A stretch of 48,452 bases of DNA, counting the filler, from Trypethelium eluteriae (lineage: Eukaryota), in assembly GCA_051942245.1 (NCBI GenBank). It is 2 parts of 2 records of this genome, joined end to end, with 100 filler letters (N's around TTAATTAATTAA, not from the genome) between each part and the next. Parts side by side here need not be neighbours in the genome. Positions count along the whole stretch, not along the records: positions 24,302 to 48,452 come from JAVECL010000407.1; 1 more part is not named here. One strand, given 5' to 3'. Below the pieces are notes generated by a model, which ran no database searches, was not told the origin of the DNA, and was given only the letters and a program-made list of their open reading frames with translations. Numbering within the stretch: the first letter of the stretch is position 1; every line of letters begins with the position of its first letter. A program made the translations under genes and the position numbers. Shown here piece by piece: positions 34,149 to 44,796 of the stretch.

Positions 34149-34356
34149 CCAGCTTTTCTTTGCCAACTCGGCTTTGATCAATACGTAGTATCTGTTCTTC
34201 TCAGTGTGATAGCTGAGCAGGTGCGCCTACAGGACACCCTCGAACTATGTTCACTCCAATTTTTTCTACCAAGGCTCTGTCCTTTGCCAAGCTTGCTTGG
34301 GTAAGGACGATGCCACCGTGTCGCCAGTATTGCACTGCCTCGGGCTGACGCGAACA
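34149..34356 (+). ncRNA. U2: U2 spliceosomal snRNA (divergent variant)
   Basis: GTAGTATCTGTTCTT (34185-34199), 5' CCAGC..CTTTGCC..GGC..GATCAA, stem IIa CTCAG/CTGAG, stem IIb GGTG..CACC and U-rich Sm-like site 34258-34266. Stem III is GTCCTT..CCAAG-CTTG-CTTGG..AAGGAC and stem IV has an ATTGCAC loop. CATAAATA lies upstream at ~34105. The ends are approximate. Confidence 0.9.
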
Positions 34357-34901
34357 CACCTGCTCTTTCCTCGGTACTTGTGCCTTTGGCGCGAAATCGA
34401 AGAAGGAGACCATTAGAGGAAACCGCTGGCAAGGATGACGATGGATAATGTGTCTCGGAATGAGAGTAGGGATGAATGGGGCGAGGCCTAGGGACATTGG
34501 AGGTGGCAGGTATCCAATCTATCTGCAGGGACGAGATAGCTGCCACCCCCAATGTCCCCAAGTCCCCAGGGCACGGGTTACATCACTTTGGGAAGGATAG
34601 AGGCGGCACTGGCACATTGAATGTTGCAAGGCCGTTCATTTCTATTCCTTCCGATTCTCTGCCTTGCGCAGTCGTGTAGTGTACCCATTAATCGATCCTC
34701 CCAGAACAAATGTACAAGAAAAAAAAAATGGCAGCTACGCTGGCTGCTTGTGATATTCCATCGTCACCTTCTTGGACATGATGCTGTGCTGCAACAATGA
34801 GCCAAGCCTCACTATGTCCTCCATCATCGCATGTTGTCTCCCTGCTGGCGCTCGTTGTGCAAGTCGCTTGGGCAAATCCGTGCGCTTTGTGGTTCGAGCA
34901 T

Positions 34902-36390
34902 TCACAAGTCGTCAACTTCAAGGTTGTTGATGCGTTTCTTAGAGGCCTCGAAGACCGAGAAGAAGACAGCATTGATCACAGCTGAACGGGTCATCGACAC
35001 GGAAAGACCTGCGAGAAATATTATTAGTCGAGTTTTTTTCACAATTGGGGATATGGTAAATTTAAAAGTAGATACCTCGATACATGCGCCTACGGAAGAA
35101 GTGGATGGTCGGCATCTTCGGCCTCTGACCTTCTTCCGCGTTCAGACAGTTGCGCTGATACTTGGTCTTCGCTACATCAAGCGGGTATATCTGTATGTCA
35201 TTGGTTAGCTTCAGTGCCTTGGAAGGAGTTGGTTGAGATATGGAGATAACATACACAAGCCCAGCTAGCAATGCCACAAAACCCACCGGCGAGGGCGACA
35301 GCACCAGGTGCGGTCGGAGAATTGCCACGCGCGTTGGCTAGTAGCTGTTTACAGCTCTCGTAGCTCATGAAGTAGATCGCCGTACCAGTGGTGTCACGCA
35401 CTACACATTATCTCGTCAGTCTGAAAGATGCTGTGGGTAACTAGATCAGAGAAACTGACACAAATGCAACTGGAAGCCATGATAGAGACCCTTAGGGCCT
35501 CGCTGCTTGACAAGGTTCATTGCTGTCTTGAGTGTACCGTGCTGTGGGAGATGGTTTGGACGAGCTGTGGGTTCACTCATGCTTCCTTTATTGTTGGCCA
35601 TGAGGACGGAGAATTGTGCGCTCAGCTTTGTGAGCTCGAATGGACCTAAGAGATAAGCGATTAAGCGCCTGAGCTTGGTACTTTGAGCTCTTTATCGGTG
35701 TGGGGTAACGTACATGCGATGGCTGTGACTGCTGCCCCAGCTGCTGCGCCTGAGATGCCGAAGCAAGTCATGGTGGATAATGTTGGCAGTGCACCTCGTG
35801 TATTTGCGATTTCGAGAGGTGAGGTTCCTGATGCCAGATACATCCATTCATCAATACTATACTTGGCGCGCTGGTAGATTGAAAATGACACGGTTCGAAC
35901 GAGAGTGACGCTGGCGAGTGGTGCTAGGGTGCCTGAAAAAGAGGAAGCAGTCAGCGTAATCTACAAAATGTGGGTTGAGCTTCACTTACCTCGCCAAAAG
36001 CCATGCACGCCTTCGGTGTTGTAGGTATGGCGGGCGCAGGTCCATGACGTCTTGAAATTGTACCTGTGCAGAAATGGTCAACCATGGCCAAGACTTGAGA
36101 GTAGAGACTTTCGACTTACGCTTGCATCCGAGATTTGATGGAATCCAGTGGGTACTGCGTGTACAGTTAGCCGCGGTCAGGTTTGACGTTGCTGTCACTC
36201 GACTTACGGCGATGAGCGTACTCAGCAAGCTCGCCGAGCTCGCCGAAAACTCCGTTCGATACTTCTTAAGCCATCTCTTGGAGGCAGTATTCAGTTGGTA
36301 TTCCATGGAAGCAAACGGGTGCTTGCTGTTTGGATCGGGAGATGCCCCCGAAGAAGCATCTCCTTTGCCGTTCTTCTTGTCCTCAGGCAT
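34902..36390 (-). CDS. Mitochondrial carrier family (SLC25) protein, ~354 aa; exons 36390-36208, 36154-36120, 36063-35990, 35932-35714, 35645-35460, 35400-35255, 35190-35076, 35008-34902
   Basis: Three PX[D/E]XX[K/R] signatures (YPLDSIKSRMQ, CPFELTKLSAQ, YPLDVAKTKYQ) plus GFWRG, GLYHG and MYRG. Seven GT-AG introns keep the frame. Substrate unknown. Confidence 0.9.
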
Positions 36391-37239
36391 ACTGGCAAAT
36401 CGCTTGCTATTGGAGAGCCGCGCGGTGAAACCGGGCGTCTTCCTCAAGGCAAGAGCGAAATGGCCAGTAGCCAAGGTCTCTCCATCAAATTATTGTCGTA
36501 TACCCTAGACAAAGGCGTGAGGGCGTGAGATCGTGGTGGTATGAAGGAGGTCGCGGGTGGAAGGAGGCTGCGCGAGAATATATATCCCGGGACAGGCAGC
36601 CGTCAAGTGAATGAGATCGACGCGTTTCTTGATCAACAATTACGTGGTGTTGTCTGAGTCGCGTCACTTTTCTTCACTTTTCGCTTTTCACTTTTGCGGT
36701 TTTGCGGGGTGGGGCTTCGGAGAGACATACCATGGGTGGAAACCTATTCCTCAGGGCAGAGACATCAGACGGGCCGTCTCAGCATAAAGTACAAAGCTGT
36801 AGGATTGTGCAATCAGCTTAATTGTACAGTATGCGGTCGTTTCGAGGGTTTTGAGGTTCTTTGCGTGGCCACCAAGTGAGGTGAAGGAGAACAGCTTAGG
36901 GTCCGGAGGGGCCCGTTATTTGGGCGTACAGCTCCGCACAAGCTGCATGACGCACGGCCCCGTTCTGCCACATGCCACATGTTTACTGCTTACCTAATGC
37001 ACCACTGAAGGCACGGTGGCACATTGCTTACAGTGGGCCGGTCAGATCGGTTCGACTCGACGCCTAGTTTCGGATGCTAGTCTCTAAATTTACATATATG
37101 TATATATGCCAGCTATTTGTATATCTTTTACATCTTGGTATATATATATCCACATCCTTCACCTTGGCCAGCAACTCCCCAAGCCATGGAGTTTGATATT
37201 TACACCAATTCATCAAGTCATTGTCATAATCATAATGGT

Positions 37240-38832
37240 TTACAAGATGAGCATACCAAGCCCAAACGCACACCCACTAATCAAGAAACTCCAGCCCAAC
37301 ATGGCAGCACTGGCAGCATTCGGCGCCATCTTGCCCACCTGCTGATTGTTGGAACCCGATGCCCCGGCTGTACAGCTCGCACCACAATTGTAGCCACTGG
37401 GGCAGCAGCCTCCTCCAACGTTGGCAGCGCAACTAAACCATCCATTGGCACAAGTTCCTGAGCCAGCCGCAACAGTGGCCACACTGCCAGTGACAGCCGT
37501 CGTGCTCTGAAGGGTCGGGCAAGAAGTAGACGCACAGTCTCGTCCCACTTGGCAGCAGCCTCCAGGGTAATAAGCAGAGCATGCATAGAAGCCTGTGGGA
37601 CAACCAACGAAGCTTTGCGATGAGGATGGTGCGGTACTTGTGACCGAAGCTGCCTCTGTGCTATCACTTGTTGGCCGTACTGGGGGTACTGCGGTAGCTC
37701 CTGTGGATGAACCTGTGCTACTTGGTAGAGGTGGACAGTCTGGAGATCCACATGCTCGATCTGTAGGGCAGCAGCCTCCACCCACACTCGCTGGGCACGA
37801 CTGAAAACCTGTACTGCAAGTGGCCGATGAGCTTATGGGCGTTGCCGTGGATGTTGTGATAGTAGCGGAAGGTGAAGGGACTGGCACGGGTGTGCCTGCA
37901 GTGACTACAGACGATGTGGATGGAGGGGGAGGCGGCGAGGAAGACGAGGCCGTCGTTTTCGTTGCGGTACTTGATTCGCCTGTTGTAACAGTCGCAAGGG
38001 GTAAGGTAGTTGTCGTTGTCATGATACTACTTGCCACACCTAGGTTTGTCGATCAGTTATGCATGGGCCTTCGATAACGAAATGAATGCTTACATCCGAC
38101 GTCCTGGCATGCAAATCCAGGAATACAACATCCACCGTTCGGACTACCTGGACAGCTCGTATAGCCAGCAGCTGTATTACAGGACGAGACTTGGCTACCA
38201 CAAGACGATCCTGAAGGGCAGCACCCTACATCTCCGTTACCAGTGTCCGTAACGATCACGCAAGTCTCATCCGTTGCGCAGCAATTGTTCGGACGTCCGA
38301 TAGAAGCGCAATCATTTGTTTCTGCTGGACATTGATAATCTCGTTCTATCAATGTGCGACGGAGAAAGCGCAGGTAAGACTCTTGGTGAATCGAGATCTC
38401 CGCGTGGAGATGGAATGGTGGGAGCATGAGGCCGGTGCCATTGCCGGCATCCTCAATGATGGAAGACTTTGATCTTAGACTTTCTCGCTGAGAGCTTCCT
38501 TCTGCATTTTGATTGAATTGTTCGCCCCGTAGGTCCGGAGGATCAAGTATTGCAGACTGAGGCGCCTTCAGATCGTCGAACTGCCAGTAATCCAAGAAGA
38601 ACATTTCACCTGCATCAGGGCTCATCTTTCGCACCACAGACGGAACTTGTGTTGCCAACCGATTCTGTATTTCCACAGACCTTTTGATATGTACTTCATC
38701 TTCGGGAAAGTATTTGACATGAGGTGGGAGGTTGTAGGGCCATTGCTTTTCGGAGGCTATAGGATGAGATGAGGTCGCGATGAGTACGAGCAGAGATGGC
38801 GGCAAGCTCAGAATCTTCGCAAAGAGCTGCAT
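37240..38832 (-). CDS. Cys-rich, Ser/Thr-rich GPI-anchored cell-surface protein, ~512 aa; exons 38832-38094, 38039-37240
   Basis: Signal peptide, repeated C..G..SC....GGCCP modules, S/T linkers and a hydrophobic C-terminus after NAASA. Confidence 0.85.
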
Positions 38833-39312
38833 TGGTCTCGTCTGAAGGTTACGGAGCTCTGTTCGTGGATTTGGGAGCTGTAGTGGGATCTCGAACCGTT
38901 GCTAGGGGCAGGGATGTGGAGATGGTCGAAGGAAATGAGCTTATCTACTCTGTAATCCGCCAATGCAGTTGCAAGGCCCAAGGTCGTGCAGCTCCCAATA
39001 CCATGAGCATGCGCCAAATAACTTCTGCTTCGAGAGCTGGAGCTCTTGTGCAAGTACTCCGTAGACACTGACAAGCAAACAAGTACATGTTGGGCAGGAA
39101 GGCCGTATTACATGCAGGCGATCGAGAGGCTGGTGTGAATGCGGAGGAAATCGCGGAGGCTGGGCAGCTGGGTTAGACTAGGACGCTCTGACCCCACCAC
39201 CAGCTGAATCCATCTCTACGAAATATATATGGAAAGTTTCGATAAAAGTACTTCTCAATTATCGTTTGGTAATTGATTTTGATTTTTATTGTGTACAAAA
39301 TATCTGCCTTCC

Positions 39313-41527
39313 CTACAGTTTGCTCTTGAATTGAGCACTGTCGTTCTTCTTGAACAGTACTGGGCTATCCGGATACGGGTCTACAGTTATGGCGTTGAGT
39401 GGATTCTGCTCGCTAGCCCGGTAGAACATGTCCTCATAGACTTTGCCATCGTAACGGCCTAAGCTCGAGTCCAACTGCCAGTCCGGAAAGTCCCAAGCAT
39501 CTACCAGCCGCACAGCGTGCGGTCGGAGTTCCTCCAGTAGCCTCATCACTGCACTCGTCCTTGCGAGCTGAATCTGCCGGACTGTCACCGCACTAGATGT
39601 GTAGAATTCCGAGGCTTCATTCTCCAAAGTGTGGAGAGAGTGGAGTCGGAATAATTTATACATTACCGTTACCGTCTCCGGGTCGAGCTCGGCCGTAAGA
39701 GATGGAGACTGAAGGGTCTCGTAGAAGTTTTTGACCACGAGATATTGGCTATGCGCTCGACTTAGACGGTAGAAATCCACAAGAAGATCGTTCCATGCTT
39801 TCTTTTGTTCGTCACGATGTTTTAGAGCTTCAAAGGTGAGGAAAGCAGTCCGCCAAGCAAAGGCGGCAACAATGTCTTCATCTCTTCCGAGAACATCAAA
39901 TGCGGCTCCAATGTCTGATTTTGCGAGAAAATTGGAAAGGATTTGCGTAGTATCATTCGTTGGCTTTTCGCCCTTCATCACAGAGCGAGCAGATTTAAGA
40001 AGCTACATCTCGTCTTATTAGCCATCATCTCATCGACCCTGATTTCACTCAGACTTACGTAGCGGGCAACTTGTTGCGAAAGCATGTAATTATCGCCCTC
40101 CCACGTCGTAGTCGGGAGATAGTCGGCAAACCAAGGTCCAATACCGCTAAAGCTGCTATAGCCATGACCTCCACACGCTCTTCGGCATGTTTCCAATCCT
40201 TCGGCGGCGATTGTACTCGCCAGAGATTTCAGACCACACGAAGTGGCATGGAGGTCCGCCAGCAGATCACTACCGGAATGAGTTTCCTCTGGACCAGCGC
40301 CCCTTTGTGCTGAGCCAACTTGGCCAACATCCTGAGACATTTTATTTTGATTTGTTTCATATAACTGCATCATGCCCTTCCCAGTGAAATGGAGAGCATA
40401 CGTTGCAGCAAGCAGAGTCAGGAGGCGGATCTGAACCATGGTATAGTTCAGCACTTGGTTTTCTCCCTTCTCCCACTCTGGTGCGTCTCTGTCTTGGAAT
40501 TGGCGCCGGACTGCGCAATATCGTGTAGCAATTGTGACTCCGCGAGCTAGAACACCTCCAGCCTGCATCACGATTGTTGAGCGAACCCATGTCAGAGTTC
40601 CATATACTAAGGAAGGCGATGACGGCCGCATGTAGCGGTTTGTTTGTGGATCGACGCTTGAAAACCTTGCAAGCATGTTGAAGTGAGGTATTTTGACGTT
40701 GTTGAAGAGCAAGAATCCGTTGTCCATAGTATTGTATCCGAATTTTGGTCCAATGTCCCCAATATGGATATTCTCCAGAGGCTCATGCGTCTTCAAGTCT
40801 CGAATCTGAACAACAAAAGGGTGGGGCCCATGGCTTCTACCAGCGATGACGAGCTGTGCCATGACAACTGCATGGTTTGCGGTTCGACCCAACGAGCCAA
40901 TCCACCATTTGGAAGCGGTCAGATGTGGTGAGTGGATAGTGAATGTTTGATCTTCTGCATTCCACGTTGCCGTTGTCTCCAGTCCTCGCACGTTCGAGCC
41001 GTGACCAAGTTCAGTCTGAGCATAACATCCGATGATCTCATAATTGAGCGCAGGTTTGTAGAACTTCTCGCGCTGTTGAGGGGTGCCTTGATCGCGAAGA
41101 GTGATCTGAAAATACGTAAGTAGAATTCTAGTGTAGATGAGTCTTGCAGCAAGAAAGAACACACCAAAAACATGCTCTCGTGGAGGCCGTAAGGACCAGG
41201 CTCGCTGATGAGCTCTGTAGCAGCACGGAAATCCTCGACAGACCAACCATGCTGGACAGTCAATTGCCTGAGCCTCTTCGCTCGAGCAAGAGCAGTCTCA
41301 AATCTGTCGACTCTGCCAGCAAAGTAGTTTTGGGACTTGTAAAAGACTTTTTCCTTTTCGAGAATCGCAAGAATTCCGTGCTTCCTTTCTAGACCTCCTC
41401 TTGTGAACAAAAACTGGGAGAGCTGTTCAACTGGAAGCTTTGACTTTGCTCGCTCTTGCTTTAGCAATTCGTGCCCTTGCGGACCAGAAGGTTTGAGCTC
41501 CTTCACCCATTGAGGAGTGGGTGCCAT
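39313..41527 (-). CDS. POX1: Peroxisomal acyl-CoA oxidase, ~699 aa; exons 41527-41165, 41105-40059, 40002-39313
   Basis: GCYAQTELGHGSNVRGLET, KWWIGSLG, CRRACGGHGYS, TWEGDN, LDSSLGRYDGKVYE and a C-terminal PTS1 SKL. Confidence 0.96.
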
Positions 41528-41673
41528 GCTGACGAAGTTACAACGCCAGGGGGAGGGACGGGAAGGGGTGAGAGATGCCAATTATGGTGCCGCCACATTA
41601 TGGGCCAGATTTTTCTGTATTTGTACGAATCACCCATATGATGATGCCATTGCCGAGCTCCATCTTCGAGGCA

Positions 41674-41742
41674 CCGAGGGGCCGGTTGGTCTATAACTCC
41701 TTCTAAACTCGCTATACCATATCAGGTATAGACGTGCCGAGG
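41674..41742. promoter_or_regulatory. Two CCGAGG (FarA/Ctf1-type) fatty-acid response elements upstream of acyl-CoA oxidase
   Basis: CCGAGG at 41674-41679 and 41737-41742, about 150-215 bp upstream of the ATG. The motif is established for beta-oxidation genes in Aspergillus. Confidence 0.6.
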
Positions 41743-42462
41743 TGAGAAGTTCCCATAAGGTACTGCCATTGGCTTAGTTACTGTGACAGGGACCGAAAGC
41801 CTTCTTACAGAAATTCGATCTCTCAGACATTGCAGTCTCTAATGATAGATGGCAGCAGTGGGTGCAATAGAGTCTGTCGACGACGTATACAAAATTCCAA
41901 GATTTCGATAGGACCTGCCTGAGCTTTGTAAAGCTCAAGTAGCACAATGAGAAAAGTGGCTGCAGAGCTTATGCCATAGTCTAACTAGCATCGCTCCGCC
42001 CTCTCGACTTGGTATTACTGAGAGACCTCTAGAACGTGCACAGATTGCATATCGGCTGCTGCTAATCGACAAAGCTTATCCAGCCGCCTAGTGACGGCGC
42101 CTACAGCGGGAAAATACTGAATAGCCCCAAAGAGACTGAGCCGCATGGGAGAAAAACAGCCTCGAATGTGCGTGTAGAAGTGCATTGCTTAACGGGTTGA
42201 TATTCGATAGTTTAAAGATGAGGCAAAAGGAGATCAAATGTAAAAGCGTGCATGGTGTCCTAGCATGAGTACGGAGGTCTGATTTTGGAAGCTTCCAGAG
42301 TAAGGCTTTTTTTTTAGAAAATGTTGATTCGAGCTTGCGCTATGTACACTATCTCTCATCGGAAAGCGATAGACCGGATGATTCGAAACCGATAGTCGCC
42401 GTTTTGTGCCTTACTTGAACGCTCGTTGTGTATGAATGCTGAGCTATTGATAGTCATACAAT

Positions 42463-43034
42463 CTACGCAGGCTTGCGGAAAGCGCTTTTGAACGGGTAAA
42501 TTTGAATCTGCCCTCAGTTCCTCGGCTTAGCCTTGAAACGCCTTTGTGAAGTACGAATGAATCATTTGTAGTATTTCAGACATGGCTCACCTTGCTTTTG
42601 TCCCAAACGTCATTCTTGAAATATACATCTTCTTCTATCGCTTTCATGACTTGATCCCTTGACTCTGCCCAAGCCAACATCACGCTACCCTTAAGCTTCA
42701 AAGGCTGCCCTTCTTTAGGCACATCCTCTAGAAAGCCTCCTCCCATGAGCCAGAAACCTTCTTCCACACGCGGTTGAATATTGTTGAAATGGTCGCTACG
42801 CCAAGGATGTGAGCACTAGAAAATCGGTTCGGGAGTTTGACGTGAAGTTTCATCTTACGGACGAACTTTCATCCTCCGATCCAGTGCCCCGTCCTCGTCG
42901 GGAAGAATTACGATCCATTCATATTTGGTGTTTGATGAAGTAGCCATGGCTCGATACGGCAATCGGGATACACGATGTGAGACACTGGATAATTTTGAAG
43001 TATGATGAAGGGTGGTCCTGAGGATTAAAGGCAT
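42463..43034 (-). CDS. YCII-related domain protein, ~141 aa (or ~112 aa from ATG 42947); exons 43034-42859, 42795-42591, 42507-42463
   Basis: YEWIVILPDEDGALDRRMKVRPDH, GGGFL, GSVMLAWAESRDQV, EDVYFKNDVWD and IQIYPFKSAF. Confidence 0.85.
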
Positions 43035-43597
43035 TCCAATTGACTGCTTAAGCTACAGTCCTCGGAGAAGGCTGGCCCAACAAGCTCCTTCTCCCCGAAG
43101 ACTAGAATTGATACGAAATTGCAGATTGAAAAAGCTCGTACGGGGTCTGGGGGTCATCATACGTCTTCGAGGAAAGCGAGGCGAGCAAGACGGGGTGGCG
43201 TGGGCGTGGTTGGGCATCGCGGGGTAAGTTTACCGCGCACGGAGACATCTTGAAATCACAGTAGTCCTCGGACAACGAGCTGATAGTAGGTCCGTCACTA
43301 TGATCTTTTGTTTGAACAATTACATGTCCATATGCAACTTCCATATCTTGGTCTTCAGCTTGAACCCGCAGTGATCATCCTGACAAGAATTTTCACTCGG
43401 GTGGACAAGCGTATCTCGCCAATCTCTGCCTCCCCAGTCTAGTATTGGCTGCCCGGCTACCCTCCTGGTTAGTCCTGGGATACATGCTTCGCTGTTTTGC
43501 GACGCTCATTACCGTGGACCATGTTTCTGGCCAAGGCTGCCCCTTCTCCACAGTGTTGATCATTCAAGTCCTTTTCCGCCTGTTGCTAATCTCGCTG

Positions 43598-44796
43598 CTA
43601 TCGAGTCTCGGAATAGTCGTTCAAAGCAACACAGACAGCTCCTCGATGATGTCCATTGTATTGTCGAATGATAGACTGCGAGCTCAATTCCCACAGCCTC
43701 GCATAATGATCTGAGCAAGCCGTGACAAGGTACGCAGAATCCGCGCTGAAGGCACAGTCCCAAACCCACCGTTGATGACCGTGCAGCGTCGTCTCCAGAG
43801 GAAAAGCGTCTGCTTCGCGGTTGGAAGGAAGTTGCTCAGTGCCACTCACGTTATGTGGATGGCTGGGGTCGACGGACCAGATGCGAGCTGTATGATCAGC
43901 GGAACAGGTAGCCAAGTGGCGGACGTCTGGTGATAGTAGAACTCGCGTAATATAGGTATTGTGCGCAACGAATTTGCAGACAGGAACGAGTGATGTGACG
44001 TCCCTCTCCTGGATCATCTTCCAAACGTATACATTTCCCTAGGCATGTATTAGTACGATCAAGACAGATGTAGTCAAACAGTCGTACTGCATTGTTTCCC
44101 GCACATAACAAGGATCCATCGCTTGCGACTGTAACACTGGCGACAGATTTGTCATCTTCAGGGATGAGTTGATGGGAGCATTTATTCTCGCTGAGATCCC
44201 ACAACCGCACATTACCACCGCGATCACAGCTGATGAGCTCTCCTTGGTTGGGGTGAATAACGACATCATTAACAGGCATGCCGTGGCTATAGTTACGTTG
44301 CACGGTGCCGCTTCGAGTATCCCAAATCTTCACGGTGCCATCCTCAGAGCTGGTGACCATCCATTTGCCCTCGCAGTGGAAAGCGACTCCGGTGACATTG
44401 CCCGTATGACCCTCAAAAGTCAATACTGAGCTAGGGTTAGTAGATTTGATATCGTAGAGCTTCACAAGATGATGTCCCGCAGCCGCTAGGTATCGTTTGT
44501 CTGGGGATATGCAGAGCCGGTTCACTTGCGAGTCAGGATGGGGGATTGTGCGTGAGCATATCCCAGAAAGAGCTTCCCAGAACCTAAATGACGGTTATTT
44601 CGAAGCAGTATACTCCTTGAGTACAACAGAAACAGGCAAGAGGTATTCGCCTACGGATCTGTGTAGATGAGATGGTCTATTTACCTGATTGTATGGTCAT
44701 ATCCAGCTGGGGACCAGGTTAGTATACAGTTGAGAGAGAAGTGTCCGTAGGAAATGGGAAGAGAGTTCAAATACCTGTGCACAGAATGACACTCAT
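43598..44796 (-). CDS. LST8: TOR complex subunit Lst8 (WD40), ~326 aa; exons 44796-44775, 44706-44685, 44583-44088, 44038-43598
   Basis: MSVILCTAGYDHTIRFWEALSGICSRTI.HPDSQVNRL, HPNQGELISCD and HQRWVWDCAFSADSAYLVT. Confidence 0.96.
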
